Assembly (NCBI GenBank): GCA_020726105.1
Contig: DYTF01000004.1
Location: 1-43,517, forward strand
DNA: 43,517 nucleotides
Direction of reading: 5' to 3'
From: Sulfurovum sp.
Lineage (GTDB): Bacteria; Campylobacterota; Campylobacteria; Campylobacterales; Sulfurovaceae
A program made the translations under genes and the position numbers. Shown here piece by piece: positions 36,971 to 43,517 of the stretch (position 1 is its first letter; each line of letters starts with the position of its first letter). A model generated the notes under the pieces. The model ran no database searches and was not told the DNA's origin. It was given only the letters and a program-made list of their open reading frames with translations.

Positions 36971-38701
36971 TCAAACCTTAAACCCCATACTCTTCGAGCC
37001 GTCAAAACTGCTTCCGAGTTCTTTTTCTATCTCTTCGAGGAAATCTTGCAGGCTGAAGACACTCTCATCTCTGACTGCGACTTTGTAGGCGGTATTTTTG
37101 ATGATGAGATTGATCTGTCCACCCGTGAGTTCATGCCCTGTAAGGTCTTCGATGGTAAAACCCTCTTCATAGTCTGCGTTTTCAGGTAGCATAAATTGCC
37201 AAAGCATGAGACGCTGTCTTTTGCCTGGTTTTTTAAACTCTATCTTGTGGTTGAAACGGCGTGAAAAGGCTTTGTCGATATTGCCCAGAAGATTCGTCGT
37301 TGCGATGAGGATGCCTTCAAACTTTTCGATTTGTTCCAAAAAGATATTTTGCATCTGGTTGTGCATCTTATCGGCTGAGCTTCCTGTGCCTTCACTTCTG
37401 GCACTCAAAAACTGATCCGCTTCATTGAGCAGTAAAATAGGCTCTACTTTTGCTTTAATGCTCAACTCTTTAAAGTCATCAAATATCTTACGAACATTTT
37501 TTTCACTCTCACCCACATACATGGAAAGGATTTTTGAACAGTCAAAAGACAAGATGGGCTTTTTGAGTGTTTTTGCCAAAGACATTGCCGTCATCGTTTT
37601 CCCCGTACCTGCTGCCCCGTAAAATATAATCCGTGCATCAATGCCTTTTTTGTCCTTGATGCCCCACTCTTTGAGCTTCCTGAACACTTCTTTATCAACC
37701 TGTTTGATGACATTATCGAGTGTTTCTCTGGTTTTAGGGTGCAATACCACATCATCAATGGTGGTTGTGGGCTTGAGGTACTCAAAGATTTCTTGGTCTT
37801 TCACCAGTGCATCCAGTTTGAGTTTGGTGACTTTTTTGGTTTTGCTGGAGTGGATGATGCGCTGCATCACCTCTTCTTGTAGGTAAAACGAACGGCTGAC
37901 CCCACCAAACATATTGAGTATCTCTTCATAGTCGATAATCTCTTCACTGATGAGCCTTGCACCATCTTCAAGCAATGAGCGGTTTTTGATCTTGTCGTAT
38001 TCATCAAAAGAGATAAGTTCTATGAGCGTGTTCATCTCTCTGAAATGCCCTTCCCCGCCCGAATACTCCTCTTTAAGTAAAGCCAAAAAGATGCGCTTTT
38101 CTTTTTCATCTAGCTCTTTTTCTTTAAAAAACTCTTCTACCACGATGGGGGCTTCGGTCATCTTAACACGCTCTTCTATGCGGGTCGTAAGCAGTGAGAG
38201 TTTGTTTTTTAGCCGTCCGATGCTCAAAGAGTTGTCCGCAAAACCTTGTTTAAATGTGGCGATGTTATGCAAAAGGGCGACCATATCAAACTGATCTTGA
38301 AGATACTCCAGATGATCGGTGTAGGGTTTTATCTCTGGGAGCAAAATCTCCAAAGATCCTTCTTCAAGCAACCTCAACAAAGAGATGCTCGGTGTCACTG
38401 ATGTGCTTAGAAGCTCCAACTTGGATGACTCATGGGCTTTCATCTGACCAAAACTGACCTGAATCATCCAGCCCAAGTCCAAAAGATTTTTCACCAAATC
38501 CAACTTTTCTAGGTACACATACCCGTTTGCTGAAAAATGCTCCTGAAGCATCTCAAGCACAGACACTTCTTCCAGCCCAGATACATAGCGTTTGCACAGA
38601 TACTGCACGAGTAACGCTTCTTCTTCTGTGCATTTTAAGTGTTCAAAAATCGATGCCTTGCTAACATCTTTTGTTTCAATAAAGTCAATCAAGTGTTTCA
38701 A
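36971..38701 (-). CDS. AAA+ family ATPase (conserved Campylobacterota type)
   Basis: Walker A YGAAGTGKT, SMYVGESEKN, variant Walker B LLLNEAD, ATTN...DKAFSRRF. Confidence 0.88.
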   Translation of the reverse strand: MKHLIDFIETKDVSKASIFEHLKCTEEEALLVQYLCKRYVSGLEEVSVLEMLQEHFSANGYVYLEKLDLVKNLLDLGWMIQVSFGQMKAHESSKLELLSTSVTPSISLLRLLEEGSLEILLPEIKPYTDHLEYLQDQFDMVALLHNIATFKQGFADNSLSIGRLKNKLSLLTTRIEERVKMTEAPIVVEEFFKEKELDEKEKRIFLALLKEEYSGGEGHFREMNTLIELISFDEYDKIKNRSLLEDGARLISEEIIDYEEILNMFGGVSRSFYLQEEVMQRIIHSSKTKKVTKLKLDALVKDQEIFEYLKPTTTIDDVVLHPKTRETLDNVIKQVDKEVFRKLKEWGIKDKKGIDARIIFYGAAGTGKTMTAMSLAKTLKKPILSFDCSKILSMYVGESEKNVRKIFDDFKELSIKAKVEPILLLNEADQFLSARSEGTGSSADKMHNQMQNIFLEQIEKFEGILIATTNLLGNIDKAFSRRFNHKIEFKKPGKRQRLMLWQFMLPENADYEEGFTIEDLTGHELTGGQINLIIKNTAYKVAVRDESVFSLQDFLEEIEKELGSSFDGSKSMGFKV

Positions 38702-38733
38702 TCAGGAGTCCTCATAAGTGAAGTATGGGTTTT

Positions 38734-38757
38734 AGTATAACAAAGTTTTGCTATACT
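38734..38757. promoter_or_regulatory. Symmetric back-to-back extended -10 promoters (AAA ATPase / PTS)
   Basis: TGTTATACT on the minus strand (38742-38734) and TGCTATACT on the plus strand (38749-38757). Confidence 0.55.
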
Positions 38758-38811
38758 TTGAGGCATACGAACACCCTTTGTATAGTCAACACACCAAAGC
38801 GAATCCTATTG

Positions 38812-40635
38812 ATGTCTTTATTTAAAACTCTTTTTTCAAAACCGCTTTCACTCACACTGAGCGTTACTTCAGCCAATGGATTTCACCTCAGACCCGTAGC
38901 GCAATTTTGCACGCTAGCCAAAACCTTTCCCTGTTCTCTTAGCGCTTCATTTAAAGACAAAACAGTCGATGCCAAAGCCCTCAATGCACTGCTTTCACTC
39001 TCACTGGAGAAAGGAGACAGCTTCAGACTGAGTGCAAAAGGAAACAAAGCAGACAATGCACTTGAGGCACTTGCAGTATGTTTTAGAGCGCTCATGAAAA
39101 ACGACAAAGAAGAAGACAGCCAAAAGAAAAGTTCGCACCCCTATCTTGGCAAGACAATAGAAGCAGCAATCATCTTTAGAGGTGTAGCCGTAGCCCCTGT
39201 GCATCATCACTCACACAAAGAGGACTACAACAAAAACGAGTGTACTTTCAAAGAGGCTTTAGATAAAAGCATGGATGAGCTAGAAAGACTATACCTAAAG
39301 CATAAAGAAAAGGAAAATGGCACTATCTATCTGGCACAAAAAGAGTTACTCTTTGCTTTAGGCAGCACTTCTGCAACCCTAAGCGAGTTTGAGCAAAAGA
39401 TACAGAAGGAGTCCCAAAAACTTACAGGTACTATGCTGGACTCTAAGCGCAGCGACTATCAAGACATTTTACAGCGAACCAAAACACATTTAGGATTTAA
39501 CACAGAGGTCATTTTCCCTGATGTCCCTTTTATCCTTGTGAGTAAACATTTACTGCCAAGCGAGGTGGACACACTCAAGCATACGAAAGTTGCAGGCGTG
39601 ATACTCCAAGAAACTGCTCTTAATTCTCATACTGCTATCTTACTTCGCGCGGCTGGGATTTGTGCAGTGATTTGTGATGCGGTACTGATGCAAAATGAGA
39701 CGATTATACTGGATGCAAATGCAGGTGTCATCTTGCAAAACCCCGCCCGAGAAGATGTAGAAAAAGCGTTTCAGCGTCAAAGCACAGAGCAAGCACAAAA
39801 AACACTCAGTGCACACAATCGTTTCCAAAAGGCATACACAACCGCAGGCAAACCCATCCAAGTCCTTGCCAATGTTTCAGATCTGGCTTCGGCGGAGAAA
39901 GCCAAAGAACAAGGTGCGGAAGGCATAGGACTGTTGCGTTCTGAGTTTTTATTTAAGAGTGAAAAACCCACCTTTATAACACAGAAAGAGGCATATGAAA
40001 GTATATTTGCGCTTTTTGATGAGATTACGGTTCGTACACTCGATGTGGGTGGAGATAAAGCCTTGCCCTACATCACCCTTCCCCATGAAGACAATCCTTT
40101 TTTGGGCGTGCGGGGCATACGCCTACTTCAAACCCACCCAGACATCCTTGAAGAACAGCTCCATGCCCTCTTTCTGGCCGCACAGAGCAAGCCTATCAAA
40201 ATCATGTTTCCGATGGTAAGCAGTGTTGAAGAGTTTGTGAACATGAAAGACTTTGCACAGGAGATAGCCCAAAAATATGCTTTAGACATCTCACACCTGC
40301 GATTTGGCATTATGATAGAAGTACCTTCTGCGCTTTTTTTACTTGAAGCCTTCAATGAAGTGGTTGATTTTTACTCCATCGGCACCAATGACTTAACACA
40401 GTATCTTTTTGCCATAGAGCGAACCCATCCGCTGCTCAAAACCGATGAACTTTCACCTGTTGTATTTGCAGCTATTGAAATGATTATGCAAAAAGCAACT
40501 AAGCCGGTAAGCATCTGTGGGGAACTAGCAGCAAACAAAGATGCCTTGCCACTACTACTTAAACTAGGCATCACCACACTCAGTGTCTCATCTAGCAGCA
40601 TCGCACAAACCAAAAAGGAGATACGCAATGCTTAA
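38812..40635 (+). CDS. ptsI: Fusion of HPr and PTS enzyme I (PEP-protein phosphotransferase)
   Basis: HPr GFHLRPVAQF. EI NSHTAIL, GIGLLRSEFLF, RTLDVGGDK, NPFLGVRGIR, MIEVP, SIGTNDLTQY, SICGELA. Start uncertain because no clear SD; ATG 38725 lies upstream of the predicted promoter. Confidence 0.92.
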   Translation: MSLFKTLFSKPLSLTLSVTSANGFHLRPVAQFCTLAKTFPCSLSASFKDKTVDAKALNALLSLSLEKGDSFRLSAKGNKADNALEALAVCFRALMKNDKEEDSQKKSSHPYLGKTIEAAIIFRGVAVAPVHHHSHKEDYNKNECTFKEALDKSMDELERLYLKHKEKENGTIYLAQKELLFALGSTSATLSEFEQKIQKESQKLTGTMLDSKRSDYQDILQRTKTHLGFNTEVIFPDVPFILVSKHLLPSEVDTLKHTKVAGVILQETALNSHTAILLRAAGICAVICDAVLMQNETIILDANAGVILQNPAREDVEKAFQRQSTEQAQKTLSAHNRFQKAYTTAGKPIQVLANVSDLASAEKAKEQGAEGIGLLRSEFLFKSEKPTFITQKEAYESIFALFDEITVRTLDVGGDKALPYITLPHEDNPFLGVRGIRLLQTHPDILEEQLHALFLAAQSKPIKIMFPMVSSVEEFVNMKDFAQEIAQKYALDISHLRFGIMIEVPSALFLLEAFNEVVDFYSIGTNDLTQYLFAIERTHPLLKTDELSPVVFAAIEMIMQKATKPVSICGELAANKDALPLLLKLGITTLSVSSSSIAQTKKEIRNA

Positions 40636-42004
40636 TCTGCTTCAGCGCATCGGCAAAGCGCTCATGACCCCCATCGCGGTGCTTCCTGTTGCAGCCCTTT
40701 TACTTAGGCTCGGCTTTGGGGACATCTTTGATGGTCAAACGGCAGAGGTGATGAAAGCTGCAGGTGAGGCTGTCTTTTCCAATCTTGATTTACTCTTTGG
40801 TATCGGTATCGCTTATGGGCTTGCTAAAAACAACGATGGAGCTGCGGCACTTGCAGGGGCTATCGGGGTGCTTATCGCCAAAGCAGTTTACAGCACCATT
40901 GATGCTGATGTCAATATGGGTGTCTTTGTGGGCATCATCATGGGTGTACTAGCAGGCATACTCTATAACCGTTTTCATGCCATCAAGTTACCTGAATTTC
41001 TAGGTTTTTTTGGAGGCAAACGCTTTGTGCCCATCATCACGGCTCTTTGTGCTATCGTTGTTGGGGTATTAGCAGGCTATTTTTGGCATATTGCCCAAAG
41101 CGGTATCGATATGTTTTCCCATGCCATCATCGGACTGAACGCTTTGGGTACATTTATCTATGGGGTGCTTAACCGCTTACTCATACCTTTAGGACTGCAC
41201 CATATACTCAACTCCGTTTTCTGGTTTCAACTTGGCGAATACAGCTACCTCAAAGACGGCGTACAAACCATTGCCAATGGGGATCTGCAGCGTTTTTTTG
41301 CCGGAGACAAAAGTGCAGGTATTTATATGTCTGGGTTTTATGTGGTGATGATGTTTGGCTTGCCTGCTATGGCGTTTGCGATGTATCTTACAACGCCAAA
41401 AGTCTCACGCAAAAAAGTGGGAGCTCTTTTGGCTGGCGTTGCGCTCACCTCTTTTCTCACTGGCATCACAGAACCACTGGAGTTTCTTTTTTTATTTGCA
41501 GCGCCACTGCTTTTTGTTTTACATGCACTATTAACAGGTCTTGCGCTAGCTAGCGCACAACTTTTGAACATCCATGCAGGATTTGGGTTTTCGGCTGGGT
41601 TGATTGATTACCTCATTAACTATAAACTTTCAACAAATCCTTTGCTTATACTTCCTCTGGGGGTCGTCTTTGGTCTGGTTTACTTTGTGAGTACTTATTA
41701 TGCTATCAAGCTTTTTAAGATTAAATTGTTTGAACAAAGCAGTCAAGAAAAGGCAAGTTTAAATGACACTGAAGCCCTTGCATACATCAAGGCACTCGGA
41801 GGAGCGGCAAATATCAGACTCACTGAAGCATGCATCACCAGACTTCGCATGAGTGTGGGTGACAGCAGTCTATTGCTAGATGAAGACTTTAAAGCGCTAG
41901 GAGCAAAAGGGGTCATCCGCCCCGATAAACACTCCATACAGATTGTACTAGGCACGAAAGCAGAATCTGTTGCAGAATCCATCAAAGAAGCACTTAAGTC
42001 CTAA
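40628..42004 (+). CDS. nagE: PTS N-acetylglucosamine-specific EIICB
   Basis: LQRIGKALMTPIAVLPVAALLLRLG, FFGGKRFVP, NRLLIPLGLHH, SFLTGITEPLEF, GFGFSAGLID, EIIB ACITRLR. AAGGAG SD and ATG overlapping the ptsI end. Adjacent to nagA. Confidence 0.9.
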   Translation: MLNLLQRIGKALMTPIAVLPVAALLLRLGFGDIFDGQTAEVMKAAGEAVFSNLDLLFGIGIAYGLAKNNDGAAALAGAIGVLIAKAVYSTIDADVNMGVFVGIIMGVLAGILYNRFHAIKLPEFLGFFGGKRFVPIITALCAIVVGVLAGYFWHIAQSGIDMFSHAIIGLNALGTFIYGVLNRLLIPLGLHHILNSVFWFQLGEYSYLKDGVQTIANGDLQRFFAGDKSAGIYMSGFYVVMMFGLPAMAFAMYLTTPKVSRKKVGALLAGVALTSFLTGITEPLEFLFLFAAPLLFVLHALLTGLALASAQLLNIHAGFGFSAGLIDYLINYKLSTNPLLILPLGVVFGLVYFVSTYYAIKLFKIKLFEQSSQEKASLNDTEALAYIKALGGAANIRLTEACITRLRMSVGDSSLLLDEDFKALGAKGVIRPDKHSIQIVLGTKAESVAESIKEALKS

Positions 42005-42007
42005 AAC

Positions 42008-42103
42008 TTACTTTTTCTTTTTGGGCATCTTGAGTATGATGAAAAATGCAATTAAAATAACACCGTACACAACATAATGATAGACATTGTCACTCTGTGG
42101 CAT
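42008..42103 (-). CDS. Unannotated 31-aa single-TM small protein
   Basis: MPQSDNVYHYVVYGVILIAFFIILKMPKKKK. GGAGG SD 7 nt upstream and TGATG overlap with the EIIA stop. Fills the gap to the nagE stop almost exactly. Confidence 0.7.
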   Translation of the reverse strand: MPQSDNVYHYVVYGVILIAFFIILKMPKKKK

Positions 42104-42573
42104 CACTGTACCTCCATAATCATATCTTGGCTCTTGACACTCTTGAGCCGTTTGTCAATCTGTCTGACATCACTCTCATCAGAGATGACAATAGGGGTGA
42201 CAGAGTCTTTGGCATGCGCTTTGATATACGCCAAATCTACACGGATAATGGGATCCCCTGCTTTGACACGGTCTCCCTCGTTTGCCAATCGCTCAAAGCC
42301 TTCTCCTTGAAGTGCTACCGTATCAAGTCCAATATGCACCATCACTTCAAGGTCTTTAGATGACTTGATGCTATAAGCATGATTGGTAGAAAATATTTTT
42401 GTAATCACTCCATCTATGGGCGCAGTAAATATATCTGACATGGGGATAATCGCTACCCCATCACCTGCTAGTTTTTGAGAAAATACCTCATCGTCGATGC
42501 TTTCTAGTGCGACGACTTGACCGTCACATGGTGCATATATCTCTCTTTTTTTACGACTCAAAAACCCAAACAT
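42103..42573 (-). CDS. crr: PTS EIIA component, glucose family
   Basis: DEVFSQKLAGDGVAI, APIDG, HAY...VMVHIGLDTVAL.GEGF, GDRVKAGD. Confidence 0.93.
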   Translation of the reverse strand: MFGFLSRKKREIYAPCDGQVVALESIDDEVFSQKLAGDGVAIIPMSDIFTAPIDGVITKIFSTNHAYSIKSSKDLEVMVHIGLDTVALQGEGFERLANEGDRVKAGDPIIRVDLAYIKAHAKDSVTPIVISDESDVRQIDKRLKSVKSQDMIMEVQ

Positions 42574-42581
42574 ATCTCTTC

Positions 42582-43517
42582 CTATCGTGTGTATTTTGTT
42601 TCGCCCATGATAATCGTTGTTATGATACTAAAGTTTTCATCAAAGATGACGATATCTGCATCATAGCCAACTCTAAGTTCACCTTTTTTGATTCCCAGCT
42701 TTTGCGCAGGCGCTTTTGTGGCTGCATTGACAACCTCTAGTAAACCCATAGTGGTATGTTCTCTCATGTTTGACAATGCCTCATTCATCTTTAGCACAGA
42801 GCCTGCGAGCGTTCCATCTTCTAACACTGCTTTACCATCATACACCTCAACATGCTGTCCACCCAAATCATACGCGCCACACTTCATGCACCCCGCACGC
42901 ATGGCATCGGTGATGAGGATGAGTTTTTCTTTTTTCATCCGATAAACGAGTTCAAGCACAGAAGGATGGGTATGAACCAAATCAGCGATTATGTCACAAC
43001 TCACATCAGAGTCAAAAACCGCTCCCACAATGCCGGGACTTCGGTGATGATAGGGGGTCATGGCATTAAACAAGTGTGTGGCATGGCTCATGCCCCAGTC
43101 AAATCCCTCTTTACACTCCTCATAGCTTGCATCTGAATGCCCCACACTCAAGACAATATGGGGGTAGCTTGACACTATTTGCTTGACAAACGCCTCTGCT
43201 CCCTTTACTTCGGGTGCGAGAGTCATCATCTTGATGTCTCTCATATATGGCGCGATTAGCCCCATGTTGGGTGCTTGCACGAAGTCTTTATTTTGTGCAC
43301 CATGACGGGAAATGTTGATAAAAGGCCCTTCAAGATGCACCCCAAGTATTGTCGCCCCCGTAACACTTTTAGCATGATTTTGCACATTTTGTAATGCTTT
43401 GTCAATCGCTTCGTTTGACATCGTCATCGTGGTTGCCAAAAAAGAGGTGACACCGGTTTGAAGTAGCGTAGTAGAAAGTGTCTCCAAGGCTTCAGGGCTT
43501 GCATCCATCACATCTGC
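42582..43517 (-). CDS. nagA: N-acetylglucosamine-6-phosphate deacetylase (5'-partial, runs off the window)
   Basis: GVTSFLATT, GVHLEGPF, TLAPE, GHSDA, THLFNAM, IADLVH, ITDAM, LAGS, GYDADIV. Confidence 0.95.
   Translation of the reverse strand, partial: ADVMDASPEALETLSTTLLQTGVTSFLATTMTMSNEAIDKALQNVQNHAKSVTGATILGVHLEGPFINISRHGAQNKDFVQAPNMGLIAPYMRDIKMMTLAPEVKGAEAFVKQIVSSYPHIVLSVGHSDASYEECKEGFDWGMSHATHLFNAMTPYHHRSPGIVGAVFDSDVSCDIIADLVHTHPSVLELVYRMKKEKLILITDAMRAGCMKCGAYDLGGQHVEVYDGKAVLEDGTLAGSVLKMNEALSNMREHTTMGLLEVVNAATKAPAQKLGIKKGELRVGYDADIVIFDENFSIITTIIMGETKYTR

Noticed and set aside
38725-38811. N-terminal extension of the HPr-EI fusion
   Set aside because: It spans the predicted divergent promoters and has no SD.
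1-43517. CRISPR arrays, IS elements, rRNA, defence systems
   Set aside because: I saw no regularly spaced repeats, transposase motifs, rRNA-like sequence or recognisable defence genes, and nearly all of the sequence is accounted for by CDSs.

Overview
Core-genome segment of a Campylobacterota (epsilonproteobacterial) chromosome, most likely a Sulfurovum-like sulfur oxidiser. The assignment is inferred from the HP0268-miaB and gmk-tatA-argS gene order, tRNA-Arg(GCG), MqnP, a NuoEF-less complex I, TGnTAnAAT promoters and an XerC/D-type recombinase. Gene order: rimO (5'-partial), tilS, xerC-like, DUF374 acyltransferase, miaB, HP0268-family, nusA, tpiA-pgk-gap, nadD-rsfS fusion, small membrane protein, argS, tatA, gmk, Cj1178c-like protein, tRNA-Arg, divergent ung, mqnP, pssA-like, miaA, a TolC/HlyD/ABC-membrane-domain cassette, the nuo cluster, rhodanese, AAA ATPase and an N-acetylglucosamine PTS locus with nagA (runs off the window). 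Four things stand out. (1) The nuo operon is split at the electron-input position by an oppositely oriented FqrB-like NAD(P)H:flavodoxin oxidoreductase. (2) A translationally coupled type I secretion-like triad has an ABC component with no ATPase domain. (3) A complete GlcNAc PTS (HPr-EI fusion, EIICB, EIIA) occurs in a phylum that largely lacks PTS, together with an unannotated 31-aa membrane peptide coupled to EIIA. (4) An E. coli-type ArgRS sits in the native argS position. All calls come from reading motifs by eye; no database search was run.
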